A stretch of 64,000 nt of DNA from Myxococcota bacterium (lineage in GTDB: Bacteria; Myxococcota_A; UBA9042; PHBI01; JAWLBL01): NCBI GenBank assembly GCA_041687695.1, contig JAWLBL010000004.1:256001-320000 (forward strand), given 5' to 3'. The notes below the pieces were generated by a model. That model saw nothing but the letters and a program-made list of their open reading frames with translations. It had not been told where the DNA came from and made no database searches. Positions within the stretch are counted from its first letter, which is position 1, and the number at the start of each line of letters is the position of its first letter. The position numbers were made by a program, and so were the translations under genes. Below, piece after piece: positions 54,425-63,433 of this stretch.

Positions 54425-54498
54425 GGCGCCATGGCCAAGTGGTAAGGCAGAGGACTGCAAATCCTTTATCCCCGGTTCAAATCCGGGTGGCGCCTCCA
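54425..54498 (+). tRNA. tRNA-Cys (GCA)
   Basis: GGCGCCA acceptor stem, GAGGA-CTGCAAA-TCCTT anticodon arm, GGTTCAAATCC T-arm, encoded CCA. Confidence 0.97.
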
Positions 54499-54609
54499 GA
54501 CACCCGCCTCCGAGGCGCGATGCGACGATGACGATGGGGCCGGCTTCTTCCCGAGGCTGGCCCCTCGCGTTTCGAATCCGGGGCGGCGCGCCCCGAGAGG
54601 GAGCGTGGC

Positions 54610-55032
54610 ATGGAGACCGGCCTGGCCATCTTCGTCGACCGAGGGACCCGTCAAGCGCTGCACCACGCGACGAGCCTGGCGATGACGGCGCTCGCCGCGG
54701 GCGAGCGGGTGGTGGTGGCCCTGTTCCACGAGGGGCTCGCCGGCTGGGCGCGCGCCTTCGACGGGGGGGCCGACGACTTCGGCGCCGGGCCCGACGCCGA
54801 GCGCCTGCGCCTGGGATTTGCGCGGCTGAACGTGCCGCCGCTGCCCCGCTACCTGGACGACCTGCGCGCGGTGGGGGCCGCGCGCATCGAGGTGGTGGCG
54901 TGCGGCGCGGCGGTCGAGCTGCTGGGGCTGGACGTGGACGCCCTGATCGAGTCGGGCGCCGTGGACGACGTGGTCGGCCTGCCCACCCTGTGGCGGCGCG
55001 TGCGGGGCTGGCGGATCGTCACGGCCGGCTGA
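54610..55032 (+). CDS. DsrE/DsrF-like protein
   Basis: SLAMTALAAGERVVVALFHEG, VVACGAA, DDVVGLPT pattern of the DsrE fold. Confidence 0.65.
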   Translation: METGLAIFVDRGTRQALHHATSLAMTALAAGERVVVALFHEGLAGWARAFDGGADDFGAGPDAERLRLGFARLNVPPLPRYLDDLRAVGAARIEVVACGAAVELLGLDVDALIESGAVDDVVGLPTLWRRVRGWRIVTAG

Positions 55033-55039
55033 GCCGAGG

Positions 55040-55363
55040 TCAGTAGCGCGGGACCGCGGGGTCGATCGCGAGCGACCACGCGTCCAGGCCGCCGGCGAGC
55101 GACCGGACGCGGGGGAAGCCCTGGTGCCGCAGGAACAGCGTGGCCTGCAGGCTGCGCACGCCATGGTGGCACACGACGACCAGCTCGGCCTCGGGGTCCA
55201 GCTCGCCAAAGCGCGCGCGCAGCTCGTGCAGAGGGACGAGGACGCTGCCCTCGAGGCGAGCGATGTCCCACTCCTGTGGCGTGCGGACGTCGACCAGGGT
55301 GGGGGCGTCGCCCGCGGCGAGCCGGGCGGCGAGGTCCTTGGCGGCGATCTCGAGGTCGTTCAT
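55040..55363 (-). CDS. Single-domain rhodanese-like sulfurtransferase
   Basis: LVDVRTPQEW, CHHGVRS, LAGGLDAWSLAIDPAVPRY. Confidence 0.9.
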   Translation of the reverse strand: MNDLEIAAKDLAARLAAGDAPTLVDVRTPQEWDIARLEGSVLVPLHELRARFGELDPEAELVVVCHHGVRSLQATLFLRHQGFPRVRSLAGGLDAWSLAIDPAVPRY

Positions 55364-55482
55364 GGGGGGCTCGTGGCGGGGAGGTGAGCGAGGACGGCCC
55401 ACGGGCGGCTGGACGGCCCTGGCGCGCCTGGGCATGCTGCGCCCGACTGTAGTCGAAGTCCGCCGCCGAGGGAGCCCTGGTC

Positions 55483-56811
55483 ATGCCCGCCAAGACGTTC
55501 ACGCCCAGCATCGAGCTGCGCGACCCCATCCACGGCCCCATCGCCGTCTCGCCCGCCGAGCTGGCCGTCATCGACGCCCCCGCCTTCCAGCGCCTGCGCG
55601 GGGTCAAGCAGCTGGGGTTCGCCGAGTACGTCTTCCCCGGCGCGGTCCACAACCGCTACCTGCACAGCATCGGCGCCATGCACCTGGCGGGGCGGGCCTT
55701 CGACGCGCTGCGGCCCTCGCTGGACCTCGACGAGGCGAGCGCGGCCCGGCTGCGACAGACGGTGCGCCTGGGCGCGCTGCTGCACGACATCGGGCACGCG
55801 CCGCTGAGCCATGCGGCCGAGGCGCTGATGCCGCTCGGCGAGGACCTTGCACTGGCCGCCTATGGCGTGGGCCCGGGGCGGGCGTCGCACGAGGCGATGT
55901 CGCTGAAGATCATCGTGGACAGCCCGCTGACGCCGGTCATCGACGCGACCTTCGCCGATCTCGGCGCGACGGCCCGCGACGTGGCCGCGGTGCTGGGCTG
56001 CGCGGCCGCGCTGGACCCGGGGCGCTTCACCGTCAACGGCGTCGACTGGCGGCCCTGCTTGAAGGCCCTGCTGTCGGGCGAGCTGGACGTGGACCGGATG
56101 GACTACCTGCTGCGCGACAGCTACTTCACGGGTGCGCGCTACGGTCAGTACGACCTCGAGTGGCTGATGTCGAGCCTGTCGGCCGTGGTGGTCGAGGGCG
56201 AGGGGCCGGAGGCGAGCGCCACCGCCAGGGCGCACCTGGCCATCGACGGGCGCGCCCTGCCGACCTTCGAGCACTTCCTGCTGGCCCGCTACCACATGTT
56301 CCGGCTGGTCTACTTCCACCCCAAGAGCGACATCTACGACGCGATGTTGGATCGGTGGCTGTCGAGCGAGGGGCCCGAGGCGCGCTTCCCCGCCGATCCC
56401 GAGCGGTTCGTGGGCTGCGACGACGCGTGGCTGATGGCGCGCCTGAACGCCTCGGGCGACCCCTGGGCCCGGCGGGTGCGCGACAAGCGCCCCTACCGCC
56501 TGGTCGTCGAGCTGGACTCGGGCGAGGCCTCCGAGCGGCGGGCCGAGCTGGACGGGCGCCTGTCGGAGGCCGGCATCGCGCCGCTGTGGCTGGGGTCGCA
56601 GGCCGTGCTCAGCCGCTACGCCCAGGCCCCCGCGCACAAGCGCACCAACCCGCTGTACGTGCGGTCGGGCCGCGGCCAGGCGCCCGGCAGGGTCCTGCGC
56701 ATCGAGGACGCGACCGACCTGTTCGGCCGCTTCGAGAAGACCCGCCGCATCGAGCGCCTCTACGTCGCGCCCGAGCACGCCAGGGCGGCGCGGGCGTTGG
56801 TCGGCGCGTGA
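55483..56811 (+). CDS. HD-domain phosphohydrolase (SAMHD1/dNTPase-like)
   Basis: RDPIHG, FQRLRGVKQLG, RYLHSIG, LHDIGH, DVDRMDYLLRD, VYFH. Confidence 0.9.
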   Translation: MPAKTFTPSIELRDPIHGPIAVSPAELAVIDAPAFQRLRGVKQLGFAEYVFPGAVHNRYLHSIGAMHLAGRAFDALRPSLDLDEASAARLRQTVRLGALLHDIGHAPLSHAAEALMPLGEDLALAAYGVGPGRASHEAMSLKIIVDSPLTPVIDATFADLGATARDVAAVLGCAAALDPGRFTVNGVDWRPCLKALLSGELDVDRMDYLLRDSYFTGARYGQYDLEWLMSSLSAVVVEGEGPEASATARAHLAIDGRALPTFEHFLLARYHMFRLVYFHPKSDIYDAMLDRWLSSEGPEARFPADPERFVGCDDAWLMARLNASGDPWARRVRDKRPYRLVVELDSGEASERRAELDGRLSEAGIAPLWLGSQAVLSRYAQAPAHKRTNPLYVRSGRGQAPGRVLRIEDATDLFGRFEKTRRIERLYVAPEHARAARALVGA

Positions 56812-56857
56812 AGGGCGCGCCCCGCCCGCCGAGGTGGCGAGCGGGGCCGGGAGCGAG

Positions 56858-57430
<573 letters not shown>

Positions 57431-57568
57431 GAGCGTCTCCTGGAGGCGAGAAGGCGAACCACGAAATCGGGCGCCCGGGCGCATAGCACGCCCGGCCCGA
57501 AGGTGGCAAACGGTATGCGCCCGGCGACGGGGGTCAACGCGGGCGCGTGGGGCGGCGAACAGGCGGGA

Positions 57569-59599
57569 TCAGGGGGCGATTCCCACCAGGTTGGCGCCGA
57601 TGCCGCCGACCTTGATGCCGATGGAGGCGGCGTCGGCCTCGCCGTCGCCGTCGGTGTCGATGTCGTTGACGACCAGGATGTCCAGCAGGCCCAGCACCGC
57701 GTCCTTGGAGATGGGCAGGGCGTCGTCGGGCAGCGCCTCGACGGCGGCGACCAGCTCGGTCTTGGGGACGGCGCCGCCGATGATGCCCGTGACGCCGGTG
57801 ATGAGCCCGTCGGTCAGGGTCACCTGGCCCTCGAACCGCACGTTGTACAGCGTGATCTCGAGGTTGCTGCCCTGGAAGGGCAGGCTGAAGGGGAACAGGG
57901 TGCCGGGGCCGCCGGCGGAGATCTGGTCGCCGGTGAGCGTCGCGGGCAGCTCGACCAGCGGCGCGCAGGTCACGTTGTCGACCATGCCCGCGTCGACCAG
58001 GTAGTCGCACGTGGTCGTCTGGAAGTCGCAGTCCGCGGACTCGGGCGCGAGGTCGGCCTGGTAGACCGCCATGGTGAAGGGGCCCTGCTGCAGATCCTTG
58101 GCCTCGATGACCAGCATGACGCTGCCCTCGGCCACCGCCTCGGCCAGCGGCTCGTTGGCCAGCGAGGCCAGCACGCCCAGGGCGTTGTGGACGCCGCCCG
58201 AGCACTGGTCCACGGGGGCGCAGGTCTCGGGGTCCTGGTCGAGGTCGAGCGCCTCGCCCGGCTGACCGGACTCGCCGAGCTGCACCTGGTTGAGCTTGGC
58301 GGCCGTCGGGGCGAAGTCCGGCTCGCAGACGCAGCCCGAGGTGTCGCCCAGGCACTGCCCGGCCACGCAGGTGTCGCCGGTCGTGCACTCGAAGCCGTCG
58401 TCGCAGGCCACCTCGCTGACCGGCTGGTGCTGGCAGCCCTGGACCGGGTGGCAGGAGTCGGCCGTGCACGGGTTGCCGTCGTCGCAGGACACGGGCGCGC
58501 CCTGGCAGGCGCCCTGGCCACACACGTCGTCCGAGGTGCAGGCGTCGCCGTCGTCGCAGGGGTCGGTGTTGTCGACGTAGTCGCAGTCGCCCGTCAGCGC
58601 GTCGCACAGGTCGGTCGTGCAGGGGTTGCCGTCCTCGCAAACCGAGGACAGGCCGATGCAGCACGGGTTCTGCGTCGGCAGGTGCACGCAGCCGACGTCG
58701 ACGTCGCACAGGTCGATGGAGCAGGCGTTGTCGTCGTCGCAGGGGTTGGGCGGCCCAGCCACGCAGGCCCCCTCGGCGCAGGTGTCGTCGACCGTGCAGG
58801 GGTCGCCGTCCTCGCAGGTGGCGCCGTCGTCGTCGGTGTGGACGCACCCGAGCGCCGGGTCGCAGGTGTCGGTCGTGCAGGGGTTGCCGTCGTCGCAGTC
58901 GGCGGCGGGCCCGGCGCAGACGCCCGCCAGGCAGGTGTCGCCGGTCGTGCAGACGTCGCCGTCGTCACAGGCGAGCTCGCCCTCGACCGGCGGGAAGACG
59001 CACCCGACGTCGGGGTGGCAGCTGTCCTGGGTGCAGACGTTGTCGTCCTGGCAGGTCACGGCCTCGCCGACGCAGGCGCCGGCGGTGCAGACGGTGGCCT
59101 CGGTGCAGGCGTCGCCGTCGTCGCAGGCCGCGCCCTCGGCCAGGGCGGTCCACGCGTAGGGGGCGGCGGCGGGGTCGCAGACCTCGCACGGGGCGCCCGG
59201 GCGGGTGGCGCCAGCGGGCCGGCACACGTGGTTGACGAGGCAGGTCTCGGGGGCCAGCGTCCAGACGCAGAAGCCGCCCTCGCCGCAGGTGTCGACGGTG
59301 CAGGCGAGGCCGTCGGCGCAGTCGTCGTCCGAGGCGCACGAGGTAGGCGGAGCGACGTCGGCCACGGCGTCGTCCTGGACGTCGGGGCCGGGGTCCGGCG
59401 CGTCGCCGTCGTCTACGTCTGGGCTGACGTCGACGTGGGTGTCTGCCTTGGCGTCGGGGGTCACGTCCGGCGTGGCGTCGGCCTGGGGATCGCCGGCGGG
59501 GTCGTCGCCGCAGCCGGCAGGCAAGAGGGCCCCAAGCCCCAGCAGGGCCGAGGCGGCGAGGCGCGACGCGAGGGCGGGTCGGAGCTGTTCGATGCGCAT
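57569..59599 (-). CDS. Cys-rich repeat surface lipoprotein with unassigned C-terminal domain
   Basis: Lipobox PAGC; Asp/Pro linker; about 11 CDDGxxCTxDxC repeats; about 240-aa C-terminal domain. Confidence 0.8.
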   Translation of the reverse strand: MRIEQLRPALASRLAASALLGLGALLPAGCGDDPAGDPQADATPDVTPDAKADTHVDVSPDVDDGDAPDPGPDVQDDAVADVAPPTSCASDDDCADGLACTVDTCGEGGFCVWTLAPETCLVNHVCRPAGATRPGAPCEVCDPAAAPYAWTALAEGAACDDGDACTEATVCTAGACVGEAVTCQDDNVCTQDSCHPDVGCVFPPVEGELACDDGDVCTTGDTCLAGVCAGPAADCDDGNPCTTDTCDPALGCVHTDDDGATCEDGDPCTVDDTCAEGACVAGPPNPCDDDNACSIDLCDVDVGCVHLPTQNPCCIGLSSVCEDGNPCTTDLCDALTGDCDYVDNTDPCDDGDACTSDDVCGQGACQGAPVSCDDGNPCTADSCHPVQGCQHQPVSEVACDDGFECTTGDTCVAGQCLGDTSGCVCEPDFAPTAAKLNQVQLGESGQPGEALDLDQDPETCAPVDQCSGGVHNALGVLASLANEPLAEAVAEGSVMLVIEAKDLQQGPFTMAVYQADLAPESADCDFQTTTCDYLVDAGMVDNVTCAPLVELPATLTGDQISAGGPGTLFPFSLPFQGSNLEITLYNVRFEGQVTLTDGLITGVTGIIGGAVPKTELVAAVEALPDDALPISKDAVLGLLDILVVNDIDTDGDGEADAASIGIKVGGIGANLVGIAP

Positions 59600-59607
59600 G
59601 GGAGACC

Positions 59608-62600
59608 CTACTTGAGGCTGCCGCTGACGATGGTGTTGCCGCCGTCGCGGGTGACCGACTGCGGGTTGATGGCGATGACGGTGCCGGGCGGGACGCCCTG
59701 GACCGAGCCGCTGAGGTCGATCTCGGGCAGCGGGATGCCGCCCAGGGTGTCGCCGCCCAGGGCGCCCAGCAGGCCAGGGACGAGGTACTCCTGGATGAGC
59801 CCGTCGAGCACGGCCTCGGAGCCGACCAGCTTGTCTTCCAGCACGTTCACCTCGGTCGCGAGCGACTGGATCTCGCTGATGCCGATGCCGAGCTGGTCGT
59901 CCGCCGCGGACAGCTCGAGCCCGGCGCGGAGCGACGCGTAGACGACCAGGGTCATCGGCGTCCCGAAGAGCTTCAGGGTCGCGTCGATGCGCAGATCGCC
60001 GATCTGCGCGATGAGGCTCTGGCCGTCGTAGCAGTCGCTGGCGGTCGGCTGGACCATGCCGCTGACGTGCATGACGAGGTCGGTCACGCCGAAGCCGGCG
60101 AGGTCGACGCTGCCGAGCATGCTGGCCGGCACGTCGAACTCGAGCAGACCGCCGAGCCAGGCCGCGTAGAGGATCTGATTGAGGAGGTCGTCCGAGACGC
60201 CGAGCTCGATGGGGCTGGCCTTGGGCAGGACCAGCTGCTGGCCGCCGCCGCCGCAGCCGTTGCGGCGGGCGCTGCCGAGGTTGTCATAGGGGACCGCCTT
60301 GGTCGCGTAGGCCCCGGCGCGTTGGATGAGCGACCCGCCGGCGGCCGTGAAGGGGACCGAGGCGAAGTCGGTGACGAGATCGATCGTCACCGAGCCCGTG
60401 CCGTCGAGGCGCGGGATGTCGAAGCTGGTGTTGAAGGCGAGGGCGCCGAGGGCGTCCTGGAGCATCGGGGCGAGGACGCCGGAGAGCTGGTCGTTCAGCG
60501 TGTCCTCGAGATCCGCGACGAGGGAGTCCTTGATGAAGGCCTCGACGATGGACAGCAGGAGGTTCGTCCAGCCGTTGTCCGCCCACACGTCGAGGCCGCT
60601 GATGGTCGAGGACTGGTTGGCGACGTTCACGACGAGGGCGCCGTCGGCGCCGACCGAGAGCTGCACGTCGGCGGTCACGGTGAGCGAGTCGATGGACAGG
60701 CCGCCGGTCGTGTCACCGCCGGCGAGCCAGCAACCCGTCCAGCCGCAGGAGATGCCGCTGCAGACGCAGTCGAGCCAGAGGTCGCCGGTGACGTCGTGGA
60801 TGACGGCCGTGACGCCGAAGCCGCCCGTCTTGGGGTTCAGCGTGACCGTCGTGGCGCCCTTGGCGAGGCTCTTGATGTAGATGTGGTAGCCGGCCTGGAC
60901 GGCGATCGCGGTGTTCGGGTCGATGAAGCTGTTGATGTCGAAGCTGCCCAGGACCAGCTCGAAGATGGTGGCGAAGTCGTTCGGCGGCAGGCTGTGGTCG
61001 CCGTCGTCGAGCACCTGCTTGGACAGCCAGATGCCCAGGCCGGGGTTGGCCATGCCGCTCTTGGGCGTCTCCTTGACGGGCTTGTCGTAGCCGGTCGCCC
61101 AGACGAAGGACTGGACGCGCTTGCGGAGCGTCCCGAAGCTGTCGCTGGCCTCGAACTCCAGGATGTTGCCGCCGACCGTCGGCACGACCTCGTGGCTGAA
61201 GCTGCCGTCCGAGGCGACGGTGACGGCCTCGCCGTTCAAGGTGAGCGCCTGGATGGGGCCGGCCCCGCTGGTGACGGTGCCCGTGACGGTCACCGTGGCG
61301 CCGCCCGCGCCCTGCAGGGTCGCGGCGCGGGGCGGGTGGGTCACGACGATGTCCGGGCGGCAGGCGTTCGAGACGACGAGCGTGTTCTTGCACCCGTCGA
61401 CCGGGTGGCAGCTGTCGGCCGTGCACGCGTTGCCGTCGTCGCAGGACACGGCCTGGCCCTTGCACTGACCGGCGTCGCAGGTGTCGCCGGTGGTGCAGAC
61501 CGTCCCGTCGTCGCAGGGGCCGGCGGCCGGCTCGTGCGTGCAGCCGTCGACCGGGTCGCAGCCGTCGGCCGTGCACGCGTTGCCGTCGTCGCAGGCGAGC
61601 GGGGTCGCGCCGGGCTGGCAGGCGCCGTCCTTGCAGACGTCGCCGATGGTGCAGACGCTGCCGTCGTCGCAGGCCAGCGTGTTCGGCGCGTGGAACGGCC
61701 CGATGGCCGGATCGCAGTAGTCGTCCGTGCAGGGGTTGCCGTCGTCGGGCGACACCGGCAGGCCGACGCAAGCGCCGCCCGTGCAGGTGTCCGTGTGCGT
61801 GCACAGGCTGCCGTCGTCGCACGGGTCGCTGTTGAACGGGTAGACGCAGCCGACCGCCGGGTCGCAGGCCTCGTCGGTGCAGGGGTTGTCGTCCGTGCAC
61901 AGGTCGTCGATGGGCTTGTGCACGCACCCGGTGGCGGGCTGGCAGGCGTCGATGGTGCAGAAGTTGTCGTCGTCGCAGTCGAGCGGGGCACCCCCGGCGC
62001 ACTGCCCGGCCGCGTCGCAGGCGTCGCCGGTGGTGCAGGCGTTGCCGTCGTCGCAGGTGGCGCCCGGCGTCGGGGTCGACACGCAGCCCTCGCCGGGGAC
62101 GCAGGTGTCGGTGGTGCAGGGGTTGCCGTCGTCGCAGTCCGGCGCGCCGCTGCCAGCGCCACACGCCCCGGCCGCGCACTGGTCGCCCACGGTGCAGGGG
62201 TCGCCGTCGTCGCAGGGGGCCCTGTTCGCGGTGAAGCTGCACTCGGCCGTCTCGGCGTCGCAGTGGTCGTCGGTGCAGGGGTCACCGTCGCTGCAGACCT
62301 TGGGGGCGCCGACGCAGAGGCCGTCGAGGCAGGCGTCGTCGGAGGTGCACGCGTCGCCGTCGTCGCAGGTGGCCGCGTCGTCGGGCGTCCAGGCGAAGCG
62401 GTCCACCAGGACCAAGCAGATCTCGCAGGGGTTGTCGGGGTTGCTCACCTCGTTGCCCCAGCAGACCCCGTCGAGGTCGCACTCGTCCTCGGCGCAGGGC
62501 AGGGCGGCGTCCTCGTCCTCCCAGGCGTCGTCCGCGTCGTCGGCGTCGTCTTCGGGGATCTTGGTGTCCTCGGAGGTGGACACCTCCGGCTGCGGGATCT

Positions 62601-62733
62601 CGAGCGTCGCGTCGGCCCCGACGGACGTGTCGATGGCCCCCGGCGTCCCCTCGTCGCCGCAGCCGGCGCCCACGAGCGCCAGCGCGAGGCCCAGTCGCGC
62701 TGCAACGCCAGCCAAAGTTGCCCTGGTCTTCAT
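59608..62733 (-). CDS. Cys-rich repeat surface lipoprotein with Ig-like domain and putative BPI/LBP-like C-terminal module
   Basis: Start MKTRATL, lipobox GAGC; about 13 CDDGxxCT repeats; Ig-like VTVTGTV..LNG..DGSF; about 480-aa C-terminal module starting NPGLGIWLSKQVLD. Confidence 0.78.
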   Translation of the reverse strand: MKTRATLAGVAARLGLALALVGAGCGDEGTPGAIDTSVGADATLEIPQPEVSTSEDTKIPEDDADDADDAWEDEDAALPCAEDECDLDGVCWGNEVSNPDNPCEICLVLVDRFAWTPDDAATCDDGDACTSDDACLDGLCVGAPKVCSDGDPCTDDHCDAETAECSFTANRAPCDDGDPCTVGDQCAAGACGAGSGAPDCDDGNPCTTDTCVPGEGCVSTPTPGATCDDGNACTTGDACDAAGQCAGGAPLDCDDDNFCTIDACQPATGCVHKPIDDLCTDDNPCTDEACDPAVGCVYPFNSDPCDDGSLCTHTDTCTGGACVGLPVSPDDGNPCTDDYCDPAIGPFHAPNTLACDDGSVCTIGDVCKDGACQPGATPLACDDGNACTADGCDPVDGCTHEPAAGPCDDGTVCTTGDTCDAGQCKGQAVSCDDGNACTADSCHPVDGCKNTLVVSNACRPDIVVTHPPRAATLQGAGGATVTVTGTVTSGAGPIQALTLNGEAVTVASDGSFSHEVVPTVGGNILEFEASDSFGTLRKRVQSFVWATGYDKPVKETPKSGMANPGLGIWLSKQVLDDGDHSLPPNDFATIFELVLGSFDINSFIDPNTAIAVQAGYHIYIKSLAKGATTVTLNPKTGGFGVTAVIHDVTGDLWLDCVCSGISCGWTGCWLAGGDTTGGLSIDSLTVTADVQLSVGADGALVVNVANQSSTISGLDVWADNGWTNLLLSIVEAFIKDSLVADLEDTLNDQLSGVLAPMLQDALGALAFNTSFDIPRLDGTGSVTIDLVTDFASVPFTAAGGSLIQRAGAYATKAVPYDNLGSARRNGCGGGGQQLVLPKASPIELGVSDDLLNQILYAAWLGGLLEFDVPASMLGSVDLAGFGVTDLVMHVSGMVQPTASDCYDGQSLIAQIGDLRIDATLKLFGTPMTLVVYASLRAGLELSAADDQLGIGISEIQSLATEVNVLEDKLVGSEAVLDGLIQEYLVPGLLGALGGDTLGGIPLPEIDLSGSVQGVPPGTVIAINPQSVTRDGGNTIVSGSLK

Positions 62734-62868
62734 CGGCACCCTCCGAGGTGTTCGTCGCCTCGTCGTCCAGCGCCGCCCCAACCGCGCTCGGACGCGAGCG
62801 CCCGGCAGCGTACCGCATCCCGGCGGTCGAATCACCAGCCGCCGTGACGATCTCGCCCCGCGCCATCA

Positions 62869-62897
62869 TTGACCGCGTCCCGCCCCGTGGTCACAAT
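62869..62897 (+). promoter_or_regulatory. Possible sigma70-type promoter of the hotdog/POP genes
   Basis: TTGACC-17 bp-CACAAT. Confidence 0.45.
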
Positions 62898-62931
62898 CCG
62901 CCACCCTCCGACGCACCCCACGAGGTCGCCG

Positions 62932-63423
62932 ATGCTCAAGAGCCTCAAGCTGCCGAACCTGCTCAAGACGAGCCAGCTCGTCCCCACCTGGAACGCCCTG
63001 CGCGACAAGCCCTTCGGCAAGCAGGTCTTCTCGCGCGTCGTGTCGATGGCCGCGCCCTACACGGCCACCATCGGGGCGCAGATCGAGGAGCTCGCGCCCG
63101 GGCGGGCGCGGGTGGCGCTGCCCGATCGCCCCTGGGTACGCAACCATCTGCGATCGATCCATGCGGTGGCGCTGGCGAACCTGGGCGAGATGGCGACCGG
63201 GCTGGCGACGGTGTCGGCGCTGCCCGAAGGCGGCCGGGGCATCGTGACCGAGCTGGCGATGGAGTACGTCAAGAAGGCGCGCGGCACCATCACGGCCGAG
63301 GCGGACGTCGAGGTGCCGACCGGCCCCGGGCGCCACGAGCTGGTGGTGGTGGCGAACCTGCGCGACGCGGGCGGCGACGTGGTGGCCCGGGCGCGGGCGC
63401 GCTGGGTCCTGGACAACGGCTGA
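62932..63423 (+). CDS. Hotdog-fold (PaaI/DUF4442-like) protein
   Basis: APYTATI, RNHLRSIHAVALANLGEM, EYVKKARG; GAGG RBS. Confidence 0.85.
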   Translation: MLKSLKLPNLLKTSQLVPTWNALRDKPFGKQVFSRVVSMAAPYTATIGAQIEELAPGRARVALPDRPWVRNHLRSIHAVALANLGEMATGLATVSALPEGGRGIVTELAMEYVKKARGTITAEADVEVPTGPGRHELVVVANLRDAGGDVVARARARWVLDNG

Positions 63424-63433
63424 GGGGCCCATA

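Noticed and set aside
55483..56811. Anti-phage dNTPase defence island
   Set aside because: The family is a widespread housekeeping one; no defence or mobile genes nearby and no obvious compositional shift
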